Shown here: positions 20,401 through 31,100 of the stretch, piece after piece
Position numbering within the stretch: the stretch's first letter is position 1
Layout: each line of letters begins with the position of its first letter
Source of the DNA: Ostreococcus lucimarinus
Lineage: Eukaryota
Length of the DNA stretch: 64,000 bases
Direction: 5' to 3' (one strand)
Assembly (NCBI GenBank): GCA_000092065.1
Contig: CP000586.1
Program-made: the position numbers and the translations under genes
Notes under the pieces: generated by a model
What the model was told of the DNA's origin: nothing
Databases searched by the model: none
The model's input: only the letters and a program-made list of their open reading frames with translations

Positions 20401-21384
20401 TAGACAAGAGCTCTTTTTCTTTCTCTAAGAACGCCTCCGCCTCCGCCTTGACGATGGCGAGCGCATCCTTCTCACCCTCGACTAACTTCAATCGGTTTAC
20501 CATGACATCGCGCTGCTCGTTCAACTCCTCCAACTTCTTGCTCGCCTCTTCGATGGGCTCGACGTATTGCAAAGTACCGATGATGTCTTCCAAGTATTCC
20601 AATAAGCCTTCATCGCCCGGCGCCGCCCCTTTCGGCTTCATCATGGAAATTTGTTCAACTTCCCCTTGCAAGATGAGGAAACGGTTGTTGTTTAAATCCA
20701 CATCCTTCGACTTTAACAACTTTGTCACCTCTGTGAACGAGCTCGTCTTATCGTTCACGAAGTATTTGCTCGAGTTATTCCTGTACGCCTCGCGAGAGAT
20801 GACGAAATCCGAGTTCGGCACGATATCGTATCCTTCTTCGTCGTCCACGTGATCGATGATTTCGTGAAAGTGCACCTCCACACGCGCGTGCTCCAAATTT
20901 CTGAAATCTGTAGAGTTGTGAATCAACTCGCTCACCTTATTCAATCGCAACTGTTTCGCTCGTTTACCGAACACAAACATCATCGCGTCGATCACGTTCG
21001 ACTTCCCGCTCCCATTCGGGCCGACGACGGATGAAAAACTCTGCTCGAGCGAGTCGCGCGCGGCGCGTCAGTCCCCCGTCGTCGCGACGCGCGAACCAGT
21101 CAAATCGAACTCGAGCGCGTCGACATCCGCGCCCTCGCGCGCGTCCGAGCGCGCACCTTATGAAACGGTCCCACGTGTTGCGCCCCCGCGTAGGATTTAA
21201 AATTCTCCAGCACCATCTTCTTGATCGCCAATCGCGGTTTCCGCGCTCGTCGCTTCGCGTCCTCGTCGTCCTCGCGATGTCGTTCCCGTTCGTCCGTCTC
21301 CGTCGCCGTCGCGTCCTCGCGCGCGCGCGCGTCGCTCGCGGGCGCGTCATCGTCGCATTCGCGCGCGCCGTCTTCCGCCGTCAT
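17402..21384 (-). CDS. SMC4: Condensin subunit SMC4, two exons: 21384..21157 and 21050..17402, intron 21156..21051
   Basis: C-terminal LSGGEKTLSSLALVFALHHYKPTPLYVMDEIDAALDFKNVSIVGHYIKERTKNAQFVIISLRNNMFELADRLVGIYKT is diagnostic of SMC4. The N-terminal exon PRLAIKKMVLENFKSYAGAQHVGPFHK joins via a 106-nt GT..AG intron to SFSSVVGPNGSGKSNVIDAMMFVFGKRA (Walker A). Long coiled coils and the hinge lie between. Confidence 0.85.
21051..21156 (-). other. GC-rich 106-nt GT..AG intron of SMC4 (donor GTGCGC, CTGAC branch-like motif, acceptor CAG)
   Basis: Removing it joins GPFHK to SFSSVVGPNGSGKS in phase, restoring the canonical SMC N-terminus. Confidence 0.75.
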
Positions 21385-21389
21385 CGCGC

Positions 21390-21395
<6 letters not shown>

Positions 21396-21429
<34 letters not shown>
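21396..21429. repeat. (CGT)x11 trinucleotide repeat in the SMC4/MT-A70 intergenic region
   Basis: cgtcgtcgtcgtcgtcgtcgtcgtcgtcgtcgtcg. Confidence 0.9.
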
Positions 21430-21430
<1 letters not shown>

Positions 21431-21516
21431 GGTGTGTCATCCGTCGCCCGACCAACGACCGTTCCGTTCCCCTCTGTCGATGGCGCACGTGTCGCGCGGA
21501 ATACGGGGTTTCGTAC

Positions 21517-21526
21517 TTTTTTTTTT
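21517..21526. repeat. T10 homopolymer in the divergent promoter
   Basis: gtacTTTTTTTTTTgaaaattc. This is the only AT-rich patch between SMC4 and MT-A70. Confidence 0.85.
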
Positions 21527-21728
21527 GAAAATTCAAACGCCGTCGACAGGTGCGTCGATCGCGCGGCGCGCGCACTTGGACGCGCGCGCGCGCGGACGAG
21601 GCGACGGACGAGCGACGCGCGGTGCGGTGCGCGAGACGGACGCGCGCGCGAGCGAACGAACGCGGCGGGAACCGCGCTCGAAGACGCGGGAAGACGCGCC
21701 AGCGGTCGAGGCGTCGACAGCGCGCGAC

Positions 21729-23070
21729 GATGGCGAACGAGGACGGCGATGTCGCCGCGGGGAGCCGGCCGAAGCGCAAGGCGAGCGCATCGTTGCGAGC
21801 GCGGACGTCGCGAGGGAAACAAGCGCCGTCGAGCGCGCACTACGTGGGATACGTGCAAGACGACGAGACGCCAGAGATGATTATGAAAAAGTTTGAAGAG
21901 ATGGAACGGATTCGACAAGCCACCAAGGCGCAAGTCGGTGAGGATGGTGATAAGGAGAACAAGGAAGGCGCGACAAACGGTGCGGGTGGAGACGCGGTCG
22001 GGACCAACGGCGACGAGCACGAAGGGTTGGACGAGGAACAGTTGAAGGAGTTGTTCAAAAATACGTCTACGTTTACGGTGAAGGAGGCCGTGATGGATTC
22101 TAACGCGCTTTTCGGTGATATGAGGATCGCGAACGAAGATGGGATGTATTTCTCGGACGATGAAGAGTTGCAAGATGAATTCTGGGAGGCGCTGACCGGT
22201 AAGAAGCGTAGAGGTAAGAAATCCAAGGGGCCGAGAGTGCCGAGAGCGCCGAGAGCGCCGCGCGAACCAAAGGCGGCGCAGTCACACATGATCACCGCGT
22301 ACAATAGCGACCAAGGCTTGTTCTTGCGCAAGAAGAAGTTTGTTGATCCTTTCGAGCCTGTCATCATCAAGGTCCCGGCGCACCCGATTCCAGTGAGCTA
22401 TGGACGAGTAATTCAGCCGTACGAACCAAAATCGGTGCGAGAGGCGAAACTGAAACAAGTTCCCGATTGCGTGCACATGCAAACGAACATCAAGAAGATG
22501 GAATATGAATCGCTCGGTAAGGACTATTTAGGTGTGCTCATGAACCCGCCGTGGGATATTGAAGATTCCCCAGATCGCGGCGACGTGACGTTGGAGGACA
22601 TCGAAGCCATTCCGCTTGAAAAACTCACGCCACTCGGTTTCATCTTTATTTGGGTTGAGAAGGAAAATTTGTCCAAGGTTTGCGACATCATGGACCGAAA
22701 GAACTTTGTCTACGTAGAGAACTTGACGTGGGTACAACTCAAGCCGAACAACACGATCGTTGAGTCCTCTGCGCGCTATCTTGGTCGCTCGCACAGAACA
22801 ATGCTCATCTTCAGACGAGACGTTCGCGACAAGCGCTTCATTGAAGGGAAGAAGATTGAGTTGCGACACCAACGTAACTCGGATGTGACTCTCGATATTG
22901 TGCAGACCACGAAAACTGGTCGACGTGTTGTCCCTGAGCACGTGTACAAGTCCATCGAAACTCTTTTACCGACGGCGTACGAACCTGGAACGCCTGGTAA
23001 GCTCCTCGAATTGTGGGCCGAACCGGGCGCGCGACGCGCGGGTTGGACTTCCGTGGCGGATACTCCTTAG
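21729..23070 (+). CDS. MT-A70 family N6-adenine methyltransferase (NPPW motif IV)
   Basis: ...LGKDYLGVLMNPPWDIEDSPDRGDVTLEDIEAIPLEKLTPLGFIFIWVEKENLSKVCDIMDRKNFVYVENLTWVQLK aligns motif-by-motif with the METTL3/MTA catalytic core ADPPWDI...FLFLWV...IIWVKTN. The N-terminal about 250 aa is acidic/basic low complexity. Confidence 0.7.
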
Positions 23071-23091
23071 TCTCTAGATCTTTGTTGTTAT

Positions 23092-23988
23092 TCAATCCCT
23101 TTGGATACGTCTAATTTTTCTTCCGCTACTGCTAATCGTCGGTTTGGACAGAACTAATTCCTCTTGAGCTCTGGAGTGATTTACGTCGCCCCGCTGCCGT
23201 CTCTTCCGCCTATTTGTGGTGATGTTGCGTGGCTTTGACTCTTCTTTCGCCATCGCACGCTTTGTCTGTGCCTTCAGGGACGCACGATACATCAAACTTT
23301 CCTCTGTTTGCACAATAGTTCGCTTCGACGGCCCTCTGCAAATACTTCGCGAGTCGCGCAAAAACGTCTCCAACTGCTGCTTGCCGGCGCCGAGTCGCTT
23401 TGCCTCGCGCACTTTTTCATCCTCATCCACCGATTTTCTAGACAACCCTTTGGCCCAAGATGGAAGTTTTGGATTGAACCACATATTTTTACACTCTCGA
23501 ATCACGCTCAACGATCGCGGAACCTCGTTTGCGTTGCGATTGACGCGAATAATATCGCGCATTCGAGTCTTCAAATCCGTTCCAATAAAATGGTGCTCGC
23601 TCGCGTACATATACGCGACTGCAGTGTCCTCCAATCCTTCGGCGAATTGCTTCCAGCCTTTCAACGTCGTTCTAAAATTCTCACCCACATTTAAGCACCA
23701 AATACGTTTCCGTCGCAACACGTCGAGGAGCAGCATCAACTGCTCGTCGTACACCCCGTCTTCGAAGTTTTGCAAGTACAGCGCTTCGATTTTCGTGTTT
23801 TCCTTCAGCGCCTCGAGCACCGCATCGATCACTACCGGCTTAGCCGTGCTAGGGACGTATCGCTTCAACCTCAAGACCTTACCTCCGGCGTCACACGCGA
23901 GTGTGTTGTCGCGTAGGCGCGCGATGAAGTCGACGAAGGCGGGCGACTCGAGAACGTTCGAGCCAGATTCTCGCCGCTTCGCGCGCAT
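23092..23988 (-). CDS. Hypothetical protein (298 aa), leucine-rich N-terminal half, basic C-terminal tail
   Basis: Long ORF with coding-like composition and no motif I recognise. The stop lies only 21 bp from the MT-A70 stop. Confidence 0.35.
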   Translation of the reverse strand: MRAKRRESGSNVLESPAFVDFIARLRDNTLACDAGGKVLRLKRYVPSTAKPVVIDAVLEALKENTKIEALYLQNFEDGVYDEQLMLLLDVLRRKRIWCLNVGENFRTTLKGWKQFAEGLEDTAVAYMYASEHHFIGTDLKTRMRDIIRVNRNANEVPRSLSVIRECKNMWFNPKLPSWAKGLSRKSVDEDEKVREAKRLGAGKQQLETFLRDSRSICRGPSKRTIVQTEESLMYRASLKAQTKRAMAKEESKPRNITTNRRKRRQRGDVNHSRAQEELVLSKPTISSSGRKIRRIQRD

Positions 23989-24161
23989 CGCTGGGCGATG
24001 TCGGCGAACCGCGTGACGCTGTGTCTGTTTAGCTCACCCGCGGTCGTCGGATCGCGAGCGATGCCGTCGAAGAATGAGGCAGAGGCGGTGATACTCGCGG
24101 CGAAGAATCCAAGCCGTCTGGGCGACACGCGCCTCCAATGGATGGTGTAGTTTTCTTTTAA

Positions 24162-24166
24162 TTACA
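24162..24166 (-). promoter_or_regulatory. TGTAA (TTACA on the + strand) 7 nt after the stop of the Cys-repeat gene
   Basis: attTTACAtctcgtcta. Confidence 0.3.
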
Positions 24167-24172
24167 TCTCGT

Positions 24173-25726
24173 CTAGCGCTCGCACGCGAATTGTGGAGAA
24201 AATTTTCTATCTGTGCACCCAGTCACGTGCGCCTTATCATCCCAACGTCCGGCGAACGGGACGATAGTGTCGTAAAACAGACACGTCTCGCGCATGTCCT
24301 CCTCGTCCGAGTCGTTGGAGATCCAAGCCCAAGCTCTGAACGCGTGGCTAGGTTCGAGGGCGTATTTTCTACAATCTACCGGCGACTTGGCGGTACCAGT
24401 ACCGAGCGGGGTCGCAAAATCTGCCTGGTCCAGTCCGATTAAGCCGTGCACGATGTTGGGGTTGGATGAGCTCTCGTCAGGGACGAGCACCTCGTCGGAT
24501 TCCTGATGCGCCACGGGTTCTGGGTTGGTCGGTACTGGCGACCGCACATCCGAGGGCTGATTAACAGGTTCTTGTACCGGCTCAGCCACCTTGGCCGGTG
24601 TCGTTGAGACCTCTGGTTCTGGGGCGGGGATTGCGCTCGTCGCGTTTTCGTCCGCGCACGCATGCAACGGCGAGACATCGGAAGCGGTGCACCCAGTGAT
24701 GAGCGTCGGCTCCTCGTAGCCAGCAAATGGCACGATTTCTTTGTAGAACAAGCATGTCGATCGCAATGAGAGATCATTCGCTTCCGAGTTAGCGTAAGCG
24801 AAAGCCACATAATTGTGCTCAGCGGCGAAATCTCTGCATTCGCCCGGACCGCTCGTCGATTGCCCTCTACCGAGCGGCGTTTCGTAAGCAACATTCAAAC
24901 CAAGCATACCGCGAACGATGTTCGGGCGAGTCTTCCGCACTTGCGGTGCGGGCTCAACTACAGCTTCCACCTCCTCCGTCTTCGGCACCCCCGGCTCGGA
25001 CACTGCGGTAGCTACCTCGTGCTTGGCCGCGGGCTCACCCGTCGCCGCCATCGCCGTGCTCTCAAGCTTGCATCCGTTCGCTGGAGATACATCGAAGCTC
25101 GTGCAGCCCATGATGTGCGCGTGATCTCCCGGGTACCCCTCAAAGGGCACTACTTCGCGATACATCAGACACGAGTTTCGCAACCGCTCGATGTCCGAGT
25201 ACGAATTCACCCACGCCCACGCCACGTAGTGTTCCTTTGCGTTGTCCGCGTACTCTCGGCACGCTCCGGGGGAATCAGCGTTACCGACCCCAGCCGGCGT
25301 TTCAAACGCGCTCATTTTCGGGTCAATGAAACCATTCACTATATTCGGATGATTACCGCGCACTTTCGCGTACGCCGCGGCTTCTTCCGCCGTCAGCGGC
25401 GGTTTGATTTGCTTCAACATCTTCACTTTGGTGTTGGATTCCGGGGCGACGACGTCGATCTTGCCCGACGTTGCCGGAGCGTGACGGTGTTGTGGCACCG
25501 ACACCACAGTACTCGTCGCGCTCTGTTCCGCGCACACGCACTTCGGCCCGTCGTCGCATCCCAAGTCCACGACCGCGCCATCGCCATCGCCGCGACCGAG
25601 GGCGAGACCCACGCCGACGCCGACGACTAACGCGGTCACGCCGACGACCACGGGGCGCTTGTACCACGGCACCGCAGTTGATTTGTGGGGGCGAGACAGT
25701 ATGAACGCTTTCTCTTCGTCCGACAT
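24173..25726 (-). CDS. Type-II membrane protein with three tandem ~95-aa four-cysteine repeat domains (unknown family)
   Basis: N-terminus MSDEEKAFILSRPHKSTAVPWYKRPVVVGVTALVVGVGVGLALG is a signal anchor. Three repeats follow: NIVxG..(x)TPxGxG..SPxxCRxYA...HYVAWAWVNS...LRxxCLxYxxIVPFxGY......GCTxxxVSPxxxC. Pro/Glu/Val-rich linkers separate them. Confidence 0.5.
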   Translation of the reverse strand: MSDEEKAFILSRPHKSTAVPWYKRPVVVGVTALVVGVGVGLALGRGDGDGAVVDLGCDDGPKCVCAEQSATSTVVSVPQHRHAPATSGKIDVVAPESNTKVKMLKQIKPPLTAEEAAAYAKVRGNHPNIVNGFIDPKMSAFETPAGVGNADSPGACREYADNAKEHYVAWAWVNSYSDIERLRNSCLMYREVVPFEGYPGDHAHIMGCTSFDVSPANGCKLESTAMAATGEPAAKHEVATAVSEPGVPKTEEVEAVVEPAPQVRKTRPNIVRGMLGLNVAYETPLGRGQSTSGPGECRDFAAEHNYVAFAYANSEANDLSLRSTCLFYKEIVPFAGYEEPTLITGCTASDVSPLHACADENATSAIPAPEPEVSTTPAKVAEPVQEPVNQPSDVRSPVPTNPEPVAHQESDEVLVPDESSSNPNIVHGLIGLDQADFATPLGTGTAKSPVDCRKYALEPSHAFRAWAWISNDSDEEDMRETCLFYDTIVPFAGRWDDKAHVTGCTDRKFSPQFACER

Positions 25727-25880
25727 CTCGCGGACGTGAACGCGACGCGCGCGAGTGTGCAGCCAGGCAGATCCAAATTTTTAGTGTTGAGGCGATTCGA
25801 AGGAAGGACGGAAGCGAGGAGGGAAGGACGCTACTGGGATATATTATTGAGTGCGGCTACGACGCGAAGAATGACGTTAA

Positions 25881-27122
25881 TCAAATCCACGGGAACAAAA
25901 AGTACTCGGAATAGAACAACGCCCAGATATCGCGGTAGTACTGTAGAATGGCATCGCGCGAAAACTTGGCGTTTTCGAGCGCCTTGGTCTTGACGATGAG
26001 GAAGGAGGCGAAGAGGGCGTGGCCGCCGATCATCAAAGGTTGGATGAACCACGTAGGATTCTTCACCGAAAGCGCGATAGCGAAGATGTAGTTTGCGAGC
26101 AACAACCCTGATCCAATGTAAGACACCTTCTTCACCCCGAGACGCGTGGAAAACGTTTCAATCTTGTACTTTAAGTCACCCTCGATGTCCGGCAAGTCCT
26201 TGGTGATGGCGATGACGGTGGCGAAAGTCGTGACGAAGATGGTGATGAACGTAATCGCAGGACTCCACACAAAGGGTAAACCAATCGCAGCTCGAGTGGC
26301 GTGGTACACGCCAAAGTTGAGCAAAAACCCACGCACGCAGGCGATGATGAGGAAAGCGGGAAGCGCGTACTGCTTCAAGCGCAACGGCGGCACGGAGTAA
26401 ATCGTGCCGAGGAACAAGCCAAAGCAGTACAATTTGGTGATCAAAGCTCCAAAGTTCGTGGCGACGATCGCCGCTCCGCCGAGCGCGGTGACGGCGCAGA
26501 ACGCCCACGCGGCGAACACGGAGAGTTCACCAGAAGCCACGGGCAAAAACGGCTTGTTCACCTTGTCGATGTCGATGTCATAAATTTGATTGATTCCGAC
26601 GATGTATCCATTCCCCATCAGCAGCGCCAACAGCCCTAACAACGCGCGAGGAACCAAATGCATGGAAATCATTTCCGGGTTCCCCATCAAAATCTTCGAC
26701 ACGATCGCCGTCGTACCGAGCAAAGTCCCTCGAATCGTGTGCGGACGCACGAATTTCCATATCGCCGCGCCGAGCGCGTTCAGTTTTCCAGTCTCCCCAT
26801 CCACGGTCGTCGACCGCGCGATGACGCGTCGTCGACGCATCGTCGCCGTCGCCGTCGTCGTCGCCGCCGCGTCGACCCCTCGCGCATCGATCGCGCATTC
26901 GAACCCACGCGCCGTGGACGACGCGCGCACCGTCACCGTCGCGCGTCGCGTCGCCCCGACGTCCACGCGTCGACGCGTCGCCGTCCGCCGCGCGCTCGAC
27001 CTCGCGGCGTCGCGCGTCGTCGTCGTCGTCGTGGTCGTCGTCGTGGCCGTCGTCGCGCGCATCGTCGCTCGAATCGTCGCGCGCGGCGCGGTGTGCGACG
27101 CCCGTCGCGGGCGACACGTCAC
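25881..27122 (-). CDS. Homogentisate prenyltransferase (HPT/VTE2- or HST-like UbiA family) with poly-Thr transit peptide
   Basis: [24 protein letters not shown] is the homogentisate prenyltransferase signature (NQxxDxxIDKVNKPxLPLASGE). Multiple TM helices. The N-terminus is Thr/Arg/Ala-rich and plastid-transit-like. Confidence 0.7.
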   Translation of the reverse strand: MTCRPRRASHTAPRATIRATMRATTATTTTTTTTTTRDAARSSARRTATRRRVDVGATRRATVTVRASSTARGFECAIDARGVDAAATTTATATMRRRRVIARSTTVDGETGKLNALGAAIWKFVRPHTIRGTLLGTTAIVSKILMGNPEMISMHLVPRALLGLLALLMGNGYIVGINQIYDIDIDKVNKPFLPVASGELSVFAAWAFCAVTALGGAAIVATNFGALITKLYCFGLFLGTIYSVPPLRLKQYALPAFLIIACVRGFLLNFGVYHATRAAIGLPFVWSPAITFITIFVTTFATVIAITKDLPDIEGDLKYKIETFSTRLGVKKVSYIGSGLLLANYIFAIALSVKNPTWFIQPLMIGGHALFASFLIVKTKALENAKFSRDAILQYYRDIWALFYSEYFLFPWI

Positions 27123-27192
27123 CCGCCCGACCGCGGCGTTATCTAAACCCTAGTGAGTCCGCGAAATCTGAGGATAGCGCGGGCGTCCGACG

Positions 27193-28107
27193 GTGCGACG
27201 CCGCACATCGCGCCCCGGACCGTCGAAGCGCGCGAACGACATGAGTGTCATCGCGCACGCGCACGCGAGAGCGCGCGTCGATCGCACGCCCGCGGCGAGC
27301 GCGTCGCGGAACGCACGACCACGCGGGAAGACGATAAAGATGCGAGGGACGGACGAGAAGCGCGACGGCGCGGGCGGCGGTGGGTTGTTCTCGAGGGTGG
27401 AAAAGCTCGCGGAGAAGGTGGGAGTGTCGCTTGGACCGATCGGGATGACGTTGCAGGAGGGAGAGGTGAAGAAGAAGACGACGACGGAAGGCTCGAAGGA
27501 GGAGTCGTACGAACGACCGCCGAGCATCGCGAGCATGAACTCGGCGCAGTGGAGAGAAAAGTACGTCAAGACGGACGGCACGGTGGATTTATGGCTCGAA
27601 GACGATTTCAATATCGCCAGTCGCAAGGCGGGAGCGTGCGATGCGGACTCCTTGGTGAATATTGAAAACTACGCGTGGTCGGGGATGAAGACGACGGACG
27701 TCAACGCGCCCATTCGCAGCGTCAAAGTCACGGATCACGAGACTGGAGAAATGCTGGAGTTAGATGTGCCCGAAGGGCGGTACATTTTGTTCGAAGCTGA
27801 GCAGCAAGGATGGGTACTTCCGAACGCGTGTCGCATGGGCGGGTGCACAAAGTGCGCGGTGAAAATTAGCAAAGGCTCGTTGGAGCAACCCGAATCTTTG
27901 GGCCTATCCAAAGAACTCAAGGACCAAGGCTACGCGTTGCTGTGTGTCGCTACCGCGACGGAAGACGTCGAGTGCGTGACTCAGGACGAAGAGGAGGTGT
28001 ACATGAAGCAGTTTGGCAAATCTTTCGCCGAGATGGCGTTGGATAAAAACGCGAGCTCCGTGCTTCGCGACGATTTTGCGCTCGAAATCGCAGACATGGA
28101 CGAATAA
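27193..28107 (+). CDS. Plant-type [2Fe-2S] ferredoxin-domain protein with long N-terminal extension
   Basis: The C-terminal about 100 aa, RYILFEAEQQGWVLPNACRMGGCTKCAVKISKGS...GYALLCVATATEDVECVTQDEE, has Cx4CxxC...C ferredoxin spacing. The start may instead be the downstream ATG near 27241. Confidence 0.55.
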   Translation: MRRRTSRPGPSKRANDMSVIAHAHARARVDRTPAASASRNARPRGKTIKMRGTDEKRDGAGGGGLFSRVEKLAEKVGVSLGPIGMTLQEGEVKKKTTTEGSKEESYERPPSIASMNSAQWREKYVKTDGTVDLWLEDDFNIASRKAGACDADSLVNIENYAWSGMKTTDVNAPIRSVKVTDHETGEMLELDVPEGRYILFEAEQQGWVLPNACRMGGCTKCAVKISKGSLEQPESLGLSKELKDQGYALLCVATATEDVECVTQDEEEVYMKQFGKSFAEMALDKNASSVLRDDFALEIADMDE

Positions 28108-28162
28108 TTTTTGCATTAGCGGCTACAATTTTTTACACACATTCAATCTATATGTTTTGTTT

Positions 28163-31100
28163 CTAATTTTTCTCTTCGTCTCCTTCCCCAAAGTCGTCTT
28201 CAAGCTTCTTCCTTGGGCTCGTTTTCTCTGTCTCGCCTCTCTGCGCCAAGAACCGCGCGCGCGGCGACACCGCGGTGGGATCGCTCGGTGAAGGTTCTCT
28301 CTTCCCAGTAGGCGATCGAATCGGTGAAGCTTTCTTCGTTTTACTGATGAGCTCGGCGTGCATGGCATCGACGGTATCGAATACGCGCACTGGCTTAGGC
28401 TTTGGACTGAGCTTTTTCTTCAGCACCTTTTGCTCCTCGCGCGCCTTTTCAAGACGAAGTTTCAAAGCATCTGCGGCTTCTTCTGCCTTGATCGAATCGC
28501 GCACGTTATCGAAAATGGTCAAGAAATCGCTCACAACTCGAAGGATGTGAGTGGGATTATCTGGCTTGTACGGCTCGCCGTAAAATTCAGTCACCCGCTT
28601 CGCCGACTCGACTGCGCCGAGCGACAGTTCAGAAGCTTCCTTGAGTTTCTCATCCATGGTCTCCGCGAACGGTGCCATCTTCGCATGAAACGCTTTATGA
28701 ACCTCTTCGCCGAGAACACCCGCGGCATGTAGTATTTCATCCTTGACTTTTGTCAAACCGTCTTGTAACTTACCCAAATTCGCGGATGTCGTTTCGATTG
28801 AAAGCGCCGCCGCCTTCTTGACGACGGCGAGATCGGTGGAAAGATTACCGATTCCAGGCTCTGTCTTTACCAGTTCTTTGTAAACAAAGTGCAACAAAGA
28901 TGTCTTTCTATCCACAGCTTTGAAATCTTTCAGCCGAAGGAGCATGTCGAGTCTAAAACCAGACGCAGATCCACGGTACGAGCCAGTGTTCAAATGATTG
29001 CCGACAACTAAAACACCCCTCAAGACTTTTACGAAAAGAGTGCTTTCTCGCAAGCAATCCGACGCTTCGGAAAGTAATCTGTACTCACTAGTCACCTTCA
29101 ACAACGCGTCTGACGCGAGCGATTTGTACAGCAGAGAGTTTACCCGACCTTCGAGTCGTGGGATTTGCATGACGTGCATGAAATATTGCTCGACCGTCGC
29201 CAACTCTTCCTTTGCGCCCTTGTAATCCATTATGAGTGTGATCTCTTTTGACGTCGGCACGGTCGAAGATATGACTTCAAGTTGCTCAGACTGCAAAACT
29301 TCGTCATCCATGGCGAGTAAAGCATCCTTAATCCGATCGAAAGGCATTCTCAAACCAGCGAGCTGAATGCTGATGTTGAGTGAGCGCTTTTGATCAATCA
29401 AAGTGACGCTCTTCTGCTTCTTCGCCGCCGCCTTGGCCTTAGCTTTCGCTTCTTCGATAGCAAATAACTGATCGAGGCTTTCAAGATTCAATGACAATTC
29501 GTCCTTGTTGGCATTCTCCCACACAGTGCCTCCGATGGCGCCTCCTTGAAGTTTCTCCCAGTGTAACATTTTCACCTTCTTGCGAGCCTTTTGAGCCCAC
29601 GCGTGCGCGTTTGCGATGGCAGCAATGCCCATCTTTGGCGGTACTGGTGGTGCTGCAGGAACACTGGATTTGAAACCTGGAGGAGGTGGAGGAGGCGGAG
29701 GCGCGGGTGCGCTTACACTCGAAGATTTGAACCCAGGAGGAGCCGGTGGCGGCGGAGGCGCAGGAGGCGCGACGCCTGTCGCACGTTTGAAACCAGGAGG
29801 CGCTGGCGGAGGTGGAGGTGCCGGTGGAACTGTCGCTTTTGAAACTGACGATTTGAAGCCAGGTGGAGGTGGTGGGGGTGGCGGAGGCGGTGCGACTTTC
29901 CCAGAAGCCTTCGGTGGAGGAGGAGGAGGAGGAGGAGGAGGAGGAGGAGGAGGAGGAGGAGCCACCAACGGCGATGTCTTTGATGAAGGAGCAGGAGGAG
30001 CAGGAGGAGCAGGAGGAGCGTCTAGCGCTTTAAGAACAACTGCTTTGGCTCCTCTTCCTAAGTGATCAAGATCCAACTTTGCCTTTGTCTCTGACAGCTT
30101 TGATGGCGGTGGCGGCGGCGGCGGCGGCGGCGCGTCAGAAGCTTGCTCTTGAAGAGACTCCATTTGCGCGGCAAAACCGCTGACCGGACTAACATCGCCA
30201 AGCAATGCTTTTGCAAGCTTACTATCAGCTTTCAAGACAGTCCCTGGATCCACTTCGTCCGCGATTTCTATGTCCTTCATCAATTTGATGAGCTCTTGCG
30301 TAAAGTTATTCCGCGACGCAACCTCTTCCAGTCCGCGAATTTGATTCAATTTCTTCGTCTTGACTAATGTGGCAAACTTCAGAAGTGTCTCTATTTCTTC
30401 ATTAACCGACACGGAACCCTCTGTGCTCTCATCACGCGCATCGGACTTTCCGGTGACTTGCACCAAATTATTCAGCGCTTCGCGCAGCGCACCGTCATTA
30501 TACAACGCAAGCAGATACGCCTCCTGCTCAGGCGTCAAGTCTACTCTCGGTACCGCCACTGGTGTTGCTATTGGTAAATTGACGGTAACTAGCGGAGAAT
30601 CGCCGCCAGAAAAACCGTCACCGCCAGAAAAACCGTCACCGCCAGAAAAACCGTCACCGTGCGCGACTTGCACCACCTCTTGAGGCGTGAACGCCGCATG
30701 TTCTTGCTCCGATTCCTCATCAAAATAAGCATCATCGTCGTTCTCGCTCAAGTAGTCATCTTGTCCGTACTCATCGTCGACGTAGTCGTCATCATCGCGA
30801 TATTTGTCTCCGAGGAGCGCCTGATGACTTAATTGAGCCGAGGTGCTTTCGGCGAGCCTCGTCCGAATTTTTTGCAGCGTTGAAGAAGATGCTGGCGAGC
30901 GAGCCTTACCCCCAGCTTTAAGAGTGGAGTGTATGAGAGGAATGACATCGTGAATTTGATCGTTCGCCACATGCACTGCAGAAGCGAGTACGGTAGGTAC
31001 ATCCGCTCGCGACGCTGTGCGCCTGTGAACGCGCCCACGTATCGCGCCACGCTCACCCCTGCTCGCCGCTGGTTTCCTTCTAATAATCACTGGCACTTCA

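Noticed and set aside
29616-30065. 149-aa poly-Gly ORF on the + strand
   Set aside because: It is simply the reverse complement of the formin FH1 polyproline tract.
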